From assembly GCA_963699635.1 (NCBI GenBank), contig CAVOUQ010000018.1:192579-256578 (forward strand): DNA of 64,000 bases. The letters run 5' to 3'. Shown here one piece after another: positions 1-9,721 of this stretch. The translations under genes and the position numbers were made by a program. How positions within the stretch are numbered: position 1 is the stretch's first letter; every line of letters starts with the position of its first letter. Source of the DNA: an uncultured Actinomycetes bacterium. GTDB lineage: Bacteria; Actinomycetota; UBA4738; HRBIN12. The notes below the pieces were generated by a model that ran no database searches, was not told the origin of the DNA, and was given only the letters and a program-made list of their open reading frames with translations.

Positions 1-588
1 ATCCAGATCGGGTTGATCGTCCTCATCCTCGCCTCGGACGTGGTGAGCCTGAACCTGTCGTCGACACGTGGGGGCTCCTCGGATGGATCCGGCATCGACT
101 GGTGGTCGGTGCTGATCGCGATCCTCCTCGTCGTGGCCGCGCTCGGGATCGGCTTCCTCCTGCCGAAGACGCGGGCGAAGCTCCGCCGGTTCAGGGACAT
201 CCTCAAGGAGAAGTGGGCCGAGGCCAAAGAGGCCCTGCAGGTGCTCCGTCATCCGAAGAAGCTCCTGCTCCTCCTCGGAGGCAACCTGATCGCTCAGGTG
301 ATGCTCGCGATCATCCTCGGCCTCTGCTTGCGGGCGTTCGGGCACTCCGCGTCGCTCGCGGAGCTGATCCTCATCAACACGTTCGTCAGTCTGTTCGCGG
401 GCTTCATGCCGGTGCCGGGTGGTGTCGGCGTCGCCGAGGCGGGCTTCACCGCCGGCTTGATCGCCATCGGCATCCCAGAGGGGGCGGCGACCTCGACCGC
501 GCTCGCGTTTCGGCTCGTCACGTTCTACCTGCCGCCCCTGTGGGGAGTGGTCGCGATGAAGTGGATGAAGGCGCAGTCGTACCTGTGA
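1..588 (+). CDS. Lysylphosphatidylglycerol synthase TM / flippase-like (UPF0104) domain protein, 5'-partial
   Basis: Hydrophobic ORF with PVPGGVGVAEAG and FRLVTFYLP motifs typical of the LPG_synthase_TM family; open at the window edge. Confidence 0.8.
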   Translation: MQIGLIVLILASDVVSLNLSSTRGGSSDGSGIDWWSVLIAILLVVAALGIGFLLPKTRAKLRRFRDILKEKWAEAKEALQVLRHPKKLLLLLGGNLIAQVMLAIILGLCLRAFGHSASLAELILINTFVSLFAGFMPVPGGVGVAEAGFTAGLIAIGIPEGAATSTALAFRLVTFYLPPLWGVVAMKWMKAQSYL

Positions 589-759
589 GTCGATACGCGA
601 GCGCGCATCGAGACCGCGCCAGACCTGGGGTCGTCACATCGGATCCCTGATCGGCGAGCCGCGCGATCCGACCGCAGCCGATCCCCGCACCGAGGCGGCG
701 CCCCGCGGAGCATGCCGCGGGCGCTGGTCTCACACCGCCCGACGAGTGAGGAGGGACGC

Positions 760-1317
760 ATGACCGAGTCATCATTGAAGGAGCTCGAGCCACGGGAGCG
801 CCGTCGGCTCATCGCGGTCGCATTGCTGCGCGCACTGCTGACATCGGCCGTGCTCGTAGCGCTGTACTACACACTGCCGCTGGAGGGAATGGTGGGGCTC
901 TCCTCGTGGCTGCGGGTTGCCGTCGGACTGACCGTGTTCGCCATCGTGGTCGCCTGGCAGATTCAGACCGTTGTCAGGGCAAGCTACCCGGGCATCAGGG
1001 CGATCGAGGCGCTGGCATCCACGGTGCCGCTGTTCTTGTTGGTGTTCGCCACCACCTACTTCCTGCTGTCCGCCAACCACGCGGGAAGCTTCAGCCAAGA
1101 GAACCTCTCTCGAACCGACTCGCTGTACTTCGTGGTGACCGTCTTCTCGACGGTGGGATTCGGCGACATCAGCGCGACCAGTCAGAGCGCTCGGTTGGTG
1201 GTCACTTCGCAGATGATCCTCGACCTGGTGGTCCTCGGTCTCGGGATCAACGCGTTCGTCAGCGCCGCGAAGTTGGGCCGGCAGCGGCAATCCGCCAACG
1301 GAGCGACCGAGGACTGA
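760..1317 (+). CDS. Potassium channel family protein (ion_trans_2)
   Basis: Pore signature DSLYFVVTVFSTVGFGDI; GAGGAGGG RBS before ATG 760. Confidence 0.85.
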   Translation: MTESSLKELEPRERRRLIAVALLRALLTSAVLVALYYTLPLEGMVGLSSWLRVAVGLTVFAIVVAWQIQTVVRASYPGIRAIEALASTVPLFLLVFATTYFLLSANHAGSFSQENLSRTDSLYFVVTVFSTVGFGDISATSQSARLVVTSQMILDLVVLGLGINAFVSAAKLGRQRQSANGATED

Positions 1318-1457
1318 CTCACCGGAGAACGGTCGTTCCAGCGATCGGAGAAGTGCTGGTCATCGGCGTGTGGTGACAAGTTCTCGTGCTTGCGCCATCG
1401 CACGGGAGGGCGGGCGAGGTCGCGACGAGCGATGTCCGTCGAAGTCTCGGATCATTT

Positions 1458-1489
1458 CCGCTGGTAGCGCGCACCGCTGGTAGCGCGCC
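1458..1489. repeat. Two tandem copies of the 16-bp IS target sequence (third copy at 2845-2860)
   Basis: ccgctggtagcgcgca (1458-1473) followed directly by ccgctggtagcgcgcc (1474-1489). Confidence 0.9.
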
Positions 1490-2844
1490 TGTGGGGGTCC
1501 GGCTGATGCGTGACGGAATGGCTCCGCCTGATCCGTTACACCCCGTCGGTCATCGTGCCACGTTCAGCTCGCCTTCGCAGCGCGCTTCTTCCTGACCTCC
1601 TTGTTGTTCGTTCGCAGGACGGTCTTGATGAGCTCCTCGCCGTCCCAGATCTGCAGCGTCGGCCCCTGCAGATGGACGTCGACCCGGTGGCCGCCTCGAT
1701 GCTTGCCACAGCTGATCTCCTGCCAGGCCACCGAGATCACCCCGTTCGTGGCGACCCGACGCGAGATCCAGTCCTCACCGGAGCGCTCCCCGAGCAAGGC
1801 TGAGGTATCGGCCGGCTGCCCGGGATCGGTGGCGGTGAACCGACTGGCCGGCGTGCCCATGCCCAGCGCCGAGTGCGGCCGCTCGGTGTTATAGCTCGCG
1901 ACCCAGCGGTCGAGCTCGCCTTGGCCGGCCTGCAAATCCTCAAAGACTCGCCCGGTCAGGAACTCCTGGCGAAGGGTCCGGTGGAACCGCTCGATCTTGC
2001 CGGTGGTCGTCGGGCGCCTGGGCGCCGTCAGCAGATGATCGATGCCGTTCTCACGGCAGATCCGGTCGAACAGGACCTCGGTGTCGGTGCGCCCGAACCG
2101 ACCGGTGAACACCTTGCCGTTATCGGTCAAGATCTCCTGCGGCACGCCGTGGCGGCGCATCGCCTCGGCGAAGTGCGAGCACACGGCTCGGCTCGTTGCC
2201 CGCAGCATCAGCCCGGCGCAGACCACGAACCGAGAGTGGTCATCGATCCCGGTGAGGATCTTGACTTCCCGCCCGTCGGCCAGCAGGACCCCGCCGACCA
2301 CGTCCATCTGCCACAGCTCCATCGCTCCGCCACGCTCCCAGCGCTTGAAGCGCCGGTCACGGCGGCGCCTGGCCAGCGGGTCGATCAGCCCGGCGCGCTT
2401 CAGCGCCCGGTAGATTCCAGAGCGCGAGGGCACCGGGTCCACGCCGGCCCTGGAGGCCTCGTGCACGAGCCGACGGGGACCCCAGTCGGGGTTGCGACGA
2501 CGCGCCTCGAGCACCCAGACCTCGACGGCGGGGTCCATCTGGTGCGAGCACCTGGGGGGACGGTGGGAACGATCGGCCAATCCCGCCAGACCTTGGGCCT
2601 CGTACCAGCGGAGCCACCGATGGACCGCTTGGCGCGACACGTCGAACCGGTGCGCCACCTGCACGATCGGAATGCCATCGCGGATCACCGCGAGCACTGC
2701 CTGGTACCGCTGCTCCACGACACTCAGCTCCACCAACATGTCGGGGAGTGTCGCGGATCAGGCGGAGCCAGCGTCACCCTTCAGCCGGAGCCGCGTAACC
2801 CATCAGCCGGAGCCGAGATGTCACGCGTCAGGCGGAACCACACA
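1490..2844 (-). mobile_element. IS481-family insertion sequence
   Basis: TGT...ACA ends with imperfect terminal IRs (tgtgggggtccggctgatgcgtgac vs tgtgtggttccgcctgacgcgtgac); flanked by 16-bp direct repeat ccgctggtagcgcgcc at 1474-1489 and 2845-2860; single transposase ORF. Confidence 0.92.
1564..2739 (-). CDS. IS481-family DDE transposase
   Basis: N-terminal HTH (VSRQAVHRWLRWY), rve core WQMD..IDDHSR..LTDNG..GKIERFHRT, YNTERPHSAL. Confidence 0.95.
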   Translation of the reverse strand: MLVELSVVEQRYQAVLAVIRDGIPIVQVAHRFDVSRQAVHRWLRWYEAQGLAGLADRSHRPPRCSHQMDPAVEVWVLEARRRNPDWGPRRLVHEASRAGVDPVPSRSGIYRALKRAGLIDPLARRRRDRRFKRWERGGAMELWQMDVVGGVLLADGREVKILTGIDDHSRFVVCAGLMLRATSRAVCSHFAEAMRRHGVPQEILTDNGKVFTGRFGRTDTEVLFDRICRENGIDHLLTAPRRPTTTGKIERFHRTLRQEFLTGRVFEDLQAGQGELDRWVASYNTERPHSALGMGTPASRFTATDPGQPADTSALLGERSGEDWISRRVATNGVISVAWQEISCGKHRGGHRVDVHLQGPTLQIWDGEELIKTVLRTNNKEVRKKRAAKAS

Positions 2845-2854
2845 CCGCTGGTAG

Positions 2855-2927
2855 CGCGCCGGGAGGGAGTCGAACCCCCAACCTTCTGATCCGTAGTCAG
2901 ATGCTCTATCCATTGAGCTACCGGCGC
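2855..2927 (-). tRNA. tRNA-Arg (ACG)
   Basis: Cloverleaf GCGCCGG-TAGCTCAATGGATAGAGC-ATCTGA CT ACG GA TCAGA-AGGTT-GGGGG TTCGACT CCCTC-CCGGCGC G; CCA not encoded in register. Confidence 0.96.
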
Positions 2928-2975
2928 CGGACCCCCAGCATACCGAGTCGCCTCCCGTGACTCGACCCGCGCCGC

Positions 2976-4562
2976 TCAGGTCACCGTGACCTGGATCGCG
3001 TGCCAGCCGGTCGCGCCGTTCGGGAACGGCGGGACGCGATCGGAGGGCTGCGTCCCGCCCGTGCCGTCCGTCGCCCGAACCTCCAGCCGGTGCGCGCCGG
3101 ACGTCGCGTCCCACCGGACCACCCACTGCCGCCAGGTGTCGATCGTGTCGAGGGCCGAGAGCTCGGCCTCGATCCACGGCCCCTCGTCCACCCGGAGCTC
3201 GACGCGCTCGATGCCTCGATGCTGCGCCCACGCGACCCCGGCGACCGGGACGGTTCCGGCCCGGAGGTCGGTGCCCGCGCGCGGCGTGTCGATGCGCGAC
3301 ATCGTCTTGACCGGCGCGCGCTTGGCCCACCCGCGCTCGATCCAGTACGGGTCGAAGGTATCGAACGTCGTGAGCTCGATGTCGACGAGCCACTTCGTCG
3401 CCGACACGTACCCGTACAGACCCGGCACGATCATCCGGACGGGGAAGCCGTGCGCGAGCGGCAGCGGCTCCCCGTTCATCGAGACCGCGAGCATCGCATC
3501 GCGGCCGTCCATCGCGACGGCGGTCGGCGTCCCCACCGTGAACCCGTCGACCGAGCGCCCCACGATCTGGTCGGCTCCCAGTCGCACGCCCGCCTCCTCG
3601 AGCAGGTCTCGCAGCGGGGCGCCGATCCATCGCGCGTTGCCGACGTACCCGCCGCCGACGGGGTTCGAGACGCAGCACAGCGTGATGTCGCGCTCGATGA
3701 GCGGACGGGCGAGGAGCTGCTCGTAGTCGAGCGTGAACTCGCGATCGACCATGCCGTGCACGCGGAGCCGCCAGTCCTCCGCGAGGACCGCCGGGACGAG
3801 CAACGCGGTGTCGACGCGGTAGAAGCGGTCGTTCGGCGTTCGGAACGGGCTCAGGCCGGTGACGTGCAGGTCGGTGCCGGAGACCGCGCTCGCCGGGCTC
3901 GCCGGCGGGGGGATCCGAACGTCGGCGCGCGAGGCGTCCGCGCGGAACCGTCGCGCGAACAGGTTGCCGGCCCCGCCCGCCACCGCGGCGACGGCGACCC
4001 CGGCGGCGCCCGCGAGGAGGAAGCGCCGGCGGTCGAAAGCACGAGGGGACTCGTTCTCGGGTTCCGGCGCGATCGCGCGAGCCGGCGACGCCGCCCGGAG
4101 CAGCGACGCCAGCGCGCCGGCCGCCGCGAGCGTCCCGACGATCGTCGGCAGCGCGTCCGCCGCCGTGCTCTCGGGCCGCGACAAGGCCGCCGCGATGCCG
4201 ACCACCCCGAACAGGCCGAGGCCGGCGAATCCGATCCACGGGCGCCGGAGCGCAGCAACGCCGAGCGCCATCGCGGCGACCGCCAGCACGACGCCGATCC
4301 CGATCAGCAGGACGGTCTTGTCGTCGGAGCCGAACGTCCGGATGGCCCAGCTCTTCAGCCACTCGGGCGTGGCGTCGACCGCGGCCTGGCCGACGGCGAC
4401 GATCGGCGAGACTTCCGGGTTCACGAGCCCCGCGACGAGCTGGGCGACGCCGATCCCGACGACGAGCGTGACGAGCCCGAGCACGATCCCCATGCCGGGG
4501 GTTCGCCTCGGATCCTTCGCCGGATTCGCAGAGGCTCTTAGATCCGGGGTCGTCGTCGTCAT
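2976..4562 (-). CDS. Membrane-anchored molybdopterin-dependent oxidoreductase (sulfite oxidase family)
   Basis: N-terminal TM helices, RRRFL, FYRVDTAL, CVSN Mo ligand, HGFPVRMIVPGLYGYVSATKW. Confidence 0.9.
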   Translation of the reverse strand: MTTTTPDLRASANPAKDPRRTPGMGIVLGLVTLVVGIGVAQLVAGLVNPEVSPIVAVGQAAVDATPEWLKSWAIRTFGSDDKTVLLIGIGVVLAVAAMALGVAALRRPWIGFAGLGLFGVVGIAAALSRPESTAADALPTIVGTLAAAGALASLLRAASPARAIAPEPENESPRAFDRRRFLLAGAAGVAVAAVAGGAGNLFARRFRADASRADVRIPPPASPASAVSGTDLHVTGLSPFRTPNDRFYRVDTALLVPAVLAEDWRLRVHGMVDREFTLDYEQLLARPLIERDITLCCVSNPVGGGYVGNARWIGAPLRDLLEEAGVRLGADQIVGRSVDGFTVGTPTAVAMDGRDAMLAVSMNGEPLPLAHGFPVRMIVPGLYGYVSATKWLVDIELTTFDTFDPYWIERGWAKRAPVKTMSRIDTPRAGTDLRAGTVPVAGVAWAQHRGIERVELRVDEGPWIEAELSALDTIDTWRQWVVRWDATSGAHRLEVRATDGTGGTQPSDRVPPFPNGATGWHAIQVTVT

Positions 4563-5341
4563 CGGGACATGCGCTCCAGGAAGTCGAGGACCGCGGGCTC
4601 GGCCGGATCGACCCGATGACCGCCCTCGACGATCGCCAGCTCCGCCCGCGGGATCGAGCCCGCGACGAGCTCGCTCACGCGACGAAACGGCGGTGGAGAG
4701 TCCGCGGCGGCGACGACCAGTGTCGGCACGGCGATCGCGCCGAGGTCGGCGAGCTCGACGTCCAGGCGGTCGCCGTCGAGCTCGGCCAGGATCGCGGGGC
4801 CATCCCGAGTGATCGAGGCCCGGAGGTCGCGCGGAAGCCCTCGCCACCCTCGCGGGCCGAGGACCTCCCCGATGAACGCCTCGCCGACGCGATCGATCCC
4901 CTCGGTGGCCGCCGTCTCGACTCGCTCGCGAAGTCCCACCTCCCACGCCATCGCCTCGGGCACGAGTCGCAGCACCGAGGGCTCGAGCAGGACGAGCGCG
5001 CGAAGCGACCCCGGATGCCGCAGCCCGAGATCGAGGGCGATCTCGCCGCCGTAGCTGCGACCGATCACCACGGCCGGCGCGGCGTCGAGGACCTCGAGCA
5101 ACGCGGCGACGTCCTCGGCATGCTCGCGAACCGACACGCCACGTGCGCGCTCGCTGTTCCCGTAGCCGCGGCGGTCGTACGCGATCACGCGGCCGAGCGG
5201 CTCGAGCCGCCCCAGCCCCCGACCCCATCCGAGCGCCGAGACGCCCGTGCCATGGATCAGCAGGATCGGGCCACCGCCGCCCCGCTCGGTGACCGAGAGC
5301 CGGACCCCGCGGACGTTTCGGTCCGTCGTCTCGGCGTTCAT
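4559..5341 (-). CDS. Alpha/beta hydrolase
   Basis: LIHG, YDRRGYGNS, GRSYGG nucleophile elbow, C-terminal GGH. Confidence 0.88.
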   Translation of the reverse strand: MNAETTDRNVRGVRLSVTERGGGGPILLIHGTGVSALGWGRGLGRLEPLGRVIAYDRRGYGNSERARGVSVREHAEDVAALLEVLDAAPAVVIGRSYGGEIALDLGLRHPGSLRALVLLEPSVLRLVPEAMAWEVGLRERVETAATEGIDRVGEAFIGEVLGPRGWRGLPRDLRASITRDGPAILAELDGDRLDVELADLGAIAVPTLVVAAADSPPPFRRVSELVAGSIPRAELAIVEGGHRVDPAEPAVLDFLERMSR

Positions 5342-5785
5342 TCGTCCTTCGAGGGTGCGGCTCCCGCGAAGACCGCGACCCCGAGCTGCTGCATGAGCCC
5401 GAGGTCGTCGCGATGGTTCCAGAGCTCGACGACCTTCCCGTCCGCGAAACGGAACACGTTCACGCCCGAGAACGTGACCGGCGTGCCCGTGGGCTCGACG
5501 CCGCCCCACGGACCCGTGTGCGTGCCGGTCGTCGTCCAGCGCGCCGCAACGAGGTCGCCGTCGGCGAGGATGAGGTCGACCGTCATGCCGCAGGTCCGGG
5601 AACGCCCGGCGGAACTCGGTCGCGATCGTCTTCTGTCCTTCGGGGCCGGGGATCGCCTGCGTCGGCCGCAGATCGTGCCGCACGTACTCCTCGGCGAAGA
5701 CCTCGAACGCGACGTCGACGTTGCCACGGTTCCAGACCTCGTCGTAGAACCGGAGCACGACCCGCTTGTTCTCCTCGGGGGTCAT
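5338..5785 (-). CDS. SnoaL-like ester cyclase (one frameshift near 5590)
   Basis: MTPEENKRVVLRFYDEVWN...AFPDL in one frame continues as DLILADGDLVAARWT..GTHTG..PTG..DGKVVE in another. Confidence 0.8.
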
Positions 5786-5790
5786 CGCGA

Positions 5791-6036
5791 TCAGCCGTCC
5801 CGCCAGTCGCGGAACGCCTCGAGCAGCACCCCACGCTGCTCGGCGGGGATCTGCTCCTCGGTGAGCGAGCCGGTGAGCCGGATGGTCTCGCGCATCTGCC
5901 CGAGGGAGTTCGTACAGCCGTCGCAGCCCGCGACGTGCTCCTCGAACCGTGCCCGGTCGGCCGGGGCCAGGGCGTCATCGAGGTAGGCGGTCACGATCTC
6001 GACCACCTCGCGGCACGTGATCTCCGATTGGCTCAT
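5791..6036 (-). CDS. zf-HC2 anti-sigma-factor-like small protein
   Basis: ITCREVVEIVTAYLD...FEEHVAGCDGC (HxxxCxxC). Confidence 0.85.
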   Translation of the reverse strand: MSQSEITCREVVEIVTAYLDDALAPADRARFEEHVAGCDGCTNSLGQMRETIRLTGSLTEEQIPAEQRGVLLEAFRDWRDG

Positions 6037-6283
6037 GACGCCTGCGTTTCGGGGGAGGCGACGAACTCGATCTCGCTCACGGCGCATCAGCTTAGCGACC
6101 TCGCTCGCGCGAACGGCCCTCGGCATCAGATCGCGAGCGGCTCCTACGCGACCTCCGAGACGCGAACGACCGCCTCGAAGCCGCCGTCGCACTCGCGCAC
6201 GTCTCCGGCGATCGCGCTCCCGCGTTGCTGACCCCGACCCCGAGTGGAAGCATGAGCCGGCGGCCGTCAGTCCTGGAGACCGG

Positions 6284-7807
6284 ATGCTCGCTTCGGAGGC
6301 AGGGGCACTGACGGTCAGGGACCCGCTGGATCTCGCCGTCGTCGGTGGCGGCGTCGCCGGATGCTACGTGGCGTACCGAATCGGCCGCGCTCGCCCCGAC
6401 TGGGCCGTCGGGCTCTTCGAAGGTTCTGAGCGGATCGGCGGCCGCCTCTTGTCGTTGCGTCCACCCGAGACGTCGGACGTTCGCGCGGAGCTCGGGGGCA
6501 TGCGATTCCGGACGAGCCAACCATTGATCTGCGGCATCATCGATGAGCTCGCCCTCGAGACCCGGCCGTTCGGAACCGCTCATCCGGACAACCGCTTCTT
6601 CCTCCGCGGCGCCCACTTGCGCGCACCCGACTTCGCCGACCCGTCGCTCGTCCCCTACCGACTCGGCGTCCGGCATCAGGCCCGGTCGCCCGAGAGACTC
6701 CTGCTCGACGCGTTCGAGACGATCGTTCCGCGAGCAACCGCCCTCACGGACGAGGAGTGGGGAGTCATCCAGCGCACGCACCGGTTCGAGGGCGAGTACC
6801 TGTACGAATGGGGACTTCGCGACCTCCTCCTCACCGTTCTCGGCGCCGAGGCGTACCAGTTCGTCGTCGATGGCTTCGGCTACCACTCGGACTTCGGGGA
6901 TCGAAACGCCGCGGACGCGCTCCCCTGGTTCCTGGTGGACGCTCGAGCCGAATCGGAGAACCGGACCCTCGTCGACGGCATGGATCGATTGCCGAGGGAG
7001 CTGGCGTCTCGATTCGAACGATCGGGAGGCCGAACCCATCGCCGGCATCGCCTGCTCGCGGTTCAGCGCGAGCCCGATGGTGCCGGTGCGGCCTTCTACC
7101 GTCTCGCGTTCGAGGGAGGAGCGAGCGTGAGGACGCGCCGTCTCGTCCTTGCGATGCCCGTTCGATCGATCGAGGCTCTCGGCGCGCGAACGCCGTTCCT
7201 CGGACGGGCGGATGTCGAGTCGCTCACCTCGTCCGTGACGCCGCACGGCGCGGTCAAGCTCTACCTGGGCTACGAGCGCGCCTGGTGGCGAGATCGAGGG
7301 GTTCTTGGGCTCCGTTCGGTGAGCGACCTTCAGCTCAGGAAGACGTACTTCCTCGACCGGCAGGACCTCGGCGCGGCCTCGGAGCCGTCACTCCTCCTGG
7401 CCAGCTTCAGCGACGGTCCCAGCGGGGAGTTCTGGCTGAGCAAGACCGACCGTGTCACGACACTCGACGACGAGCGTGGATCCGATCCCAAGATGCTCTG
7501 GGACCGCTCAACGTTCGGGGCGTTGGTCGATGCCGCTCAACGTCAGCTGATGGCCCTTCACGACCTCCAACGCATCCCCGACCCTGTCTCGGCCGCGTTC
7601 ATGGACTGGGGACGTGCCCCGTTCGGCGGAGCCTGGCATTGGTGGAACACCGGAGCGAAGTCCTGGGAGGTCATCCCACGTATCGTGCAACCGGTGTCGG
7701 AGTGGGATGTGTACATCTGCGGCGAGGCCTACTCGGCTTCGCAGGGCTGGGTGGAGGGGGCGCTCGAGACGGCGGACATGGTGGTACGACGAATTGTCGG
7801 GCAGTGA
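6284..7807 (+). CDS. Flavin monoamine / L-amino-acid oxidase family protein
   Basis: VVGGGVAG dinucleotide fold, ERIGGR, ELGGMRF, C-terminal CGEAYSASQGWVEGAL. Confidence 0.85.
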   Translation: MLASEAGALTVRDPLDLAVVGGGVAGCYVAYRIGRARPDWAVGLFEGSERIGGRLLSLRPPETSDVRAELGGMRFRTSQPLICGIIDELALETRPFGTAHPDNRFFLRGAHLRAPDFADPSLVPYRLGVRHQARSPERLLLDAFETIVPRATALTDEEWGVIQRTHRFEGEYLYEWGLRDLLLTVLGAEAYQFVVDGFGYHSDFGDRNAADALPWFLVDARAESENRTLVDGMDRLPRELASRFERSGGRTHRRHRLLAVQREPDGAGAAFYRLAFEGGASVRTRRLVLAMPVRSIEALGARTPFLGRADVESLTSSVTPHGAVKLYLGYERAWWRDRGVLGLRSVSDLQLRKTYFLDRQDLGAASEPSLLLASFSDGPSGEFWLSKTDRVTTLDDERGSDPKMLWDRSTFGALVDAAQRQLMALHDLQRIPDPVSAAFMDWGRAPFGGAWHWWNTGAKSWEVIPRIVQPVSEWDVYICGEAYSASQGWVEGALETADMVVRRIVGQ

Positions 7808-7900
7808 CCCGCCGCACGAAGCGATGCGCATGCGCGTCGGCGAGGACGAGATGAAGCGCGTTCCGGACCGGTGGCGCCGGCGACGAGAGGGGATCTCCTG

Positions 7901-9265
7901 ATGGACGTCCCGGAGACCCGTTACGCGAAGACCCCCGATGGACTCAGCATCGCGTACTGGGTGATCGGAGACGGCCCGGTCGACCTCCTGTACCTGTCCG
8001 GCTTCATGGGCAATCTCGAGGTCATGTGGGAACAACCGCTGCTCGCGTCGTTCTTCGGCAAGCTCGCCTCGTCGACTCGGCTGATCTACCACGATCGCCG
8101 AGCTACGGGACTGTCCGATCGCGCCACCTCCCTCCCATCACTCGAGACACAGATCGACGACATCCGGACCGTGCTCGACGCCGCCGCTTCCCAGTCCACC
8201 GTGATCCTCGGCGTCGGTTGGGGCGCCTACGCGGCCGCGTTGTTCGCGAGCACGCACCCGAACCGCACCCGCGCCCTCATCCTGCTCGCCGGGCACGCAC
8301 GGACCGCCTGGGCCCCGGACTACCCCTGGGGGTTCACGGAGGACGCGCGCGCGCACGACGTCGCCATGGCGTCGGCGACGTGGGGTACCGAGGCCTACGC
8401 CGCCTTCATCCTCGCGATCGAGACACCCTCGATGGTCGGCGATCGCGAATTCGTGCGCTGGTACGCCAAGCTGAACCGCCATTGGGTCGCACCGAGCGCC
8501 GCCGCGGCGTTCGCCGAGCACTTCTACGACCTCGACATCCGGCATGTGCTCCCGACCATCAGAGTGCCCACGCTCGTGATCGCTCGGGAATGGGGCGACC
8601 CAGAGGAGGACGAGTATGTCTCCGGGTTGATTCCCGACGCCCGGCTCCTGCGTCTGCCCTCTCGGGACCGAACCTCGATCACGGCGACCGGCGGGGCGAT
8701 GGCGTGGGTGGGCGATCAGGACGGGATCGTGGGGGCCGTCCAGGACTTCGCCGGGGTGGCACGAGCCCCGGTCGGGGCGGATCGGGCTCTCGCCACCGTC
8801 TTGTTCACCGACATCGTTGCCTCCACGGATCGCGCGGCAGAGCTCGGCGACCGCGCATGGGCCGCATTGCTCGAGGATCATCACCGGCGCGTCCGCGCGC
8901 TGCTCGCCCGACACCGCGGACGAGAGCACAACACGACCGGCGACGGTTTCTTCGCCTCTTTCGACGGTCCCGCTCGCGGTATCCGATGCGCCCTCGAGAT
9001 CGTCGATACGGTCAAGGAGCTCGGGATCGAGATCCGCGCCGGCGTCCATACGGGGGAGGTGGGGACGATCGACCGCAAGGTCGGCGGAATCGCCGTCGCT
9101 ACCGCTGCGCGGATCGCGGCAACTGCCCAGCCGTCGGAGGTTCTCGTCTCCCAAACCGTGAAGGACCTAGTCGCCGGATCGGGGCTCGTGTTCGAAGATA
9201 CCGGCGAGCACGAGCTCAAGGGCGTCCCCGACCGCTGGCGCTTGTACCGAGCGAAGCGCGACTGA
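7901..9265 (+). CDS. Alpha/beta hydrolase-adenylate/guanylate cyclase fusion (LipJ-like)
   Basis: PETRYAK..IAY, DRRATGLSDR, then LATVLFTDIVAST, TTGDGFFASFDGP, RAGVHTGE. Confidence 0.92.
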   Translation: MDVPETRYAKTPDGLSIAYWVIGDGPVDLLYLSGFMGNLEVMWEQPLLASFFGKLASSTRLIYHDRRATGLSDRATSLPSLETQIDDIRTVLDAAASQSTVILGVGWGAYAAALFASTHPNRTRALILLAGHARTAWAPDYPWGFTEDARAHDVAMASATWGTEAYAAFILAIETPSMVGDREFVRWYAKLNRHWVAPSAAAAFAEHFYDLDIRHVLPTIRVPTLVIAREWGDPEEDEYVSGLIPDARLLRLPSRDRTSITATGGAMAWVGDQDGIVGAVQDFAGVARAPVGADRALATVLFTDIVASTDRAAELGDRAWAALLEDHHRRVRALLARHRGREHNTTGDGFFASFDGPARGIRCALEIVDTVKELGIEIRAGVHTGEVGTIDRKVGGIAVATAARIAATAQPSEVLVSQTVKDLVAGSGLVFEDTGEHELKGVPDRWRLYRAKRD

Positions 9266-9312
9266 ACGTCAACGCTTGGTAGGCACGCCGTGGTCGACGG
9301 CGCGCCGGCTGG

Positions 9313-9621
9313 GTGATGTGGCTCCGCCTTGCGAACGTGATCGGCTTCGGGGACTGGATCTCCTCGAGCTGCGGCATCGCCCTCACGATCGGGGGCGTGC
9401 TCGCGACGACCGCCGTCTTCGAGGGCTCCTTCAATGTGGGCCGCAACGTCGAGCGACTGGTCGACCTCGGCGGCGAGGTGGCGGCCTCGGGCGGTCCTCC
9501 CGCCCCCGAGCAGCAGGCCGAGATCGATCGCCTGAGCACCGAGCTCGAGCGCCACGGGAAGATCGACCTCGTGCTGCTTCTGGGGCCGACGATCGCGATG
9601 GCGACCGCGCAGTACTGGTAA
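9313..9621 (+). CDS. Small membrane protein (DUF2269-like, possibly 5'-truncated)
   Basis: Two hydrophobic segments, ends AMATAQYW; weak start context. Confidence 0.4.
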   Translation: MMWLRLANVIGFGDWISSSCGIALTIGGVLATTAVFEGSFNVGRNVERLVDLGGEVAASGGPPAPEQQAEIDRLSTELERHGKIDLVLLLGPTIAMATAQYW

Positions 9622-9721
9622 GGCCCGGCAGCAGCCGGTTCGCGGGGAGTCACCGGACACGAAGACCCCGGGGCTCGCGGACGGCGGCGGGCCATCCCCG
9701 GCCGCGGGTAGGGTCCTGCTC

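Noticed and set aside
2750-2840. Four ~21-bp repeats as a mini-CRISPR array
   Set aside because: Spacers are only 1-4 nt, there are no cas genes, and the repeats lie inside the IS end with inverted copies at the other end
4559-5785. Apparent SnoaL-hydrolase fusion (408 aa)
   Set aside because: Frameshift artefact; the SnoaL C-terminus is in another frame ending at 5338
7871-9265. Hydrolase-cyclase fusion as a novel architecture
   Set aside because: Well-known LipJ-like family, common in actinobacteria
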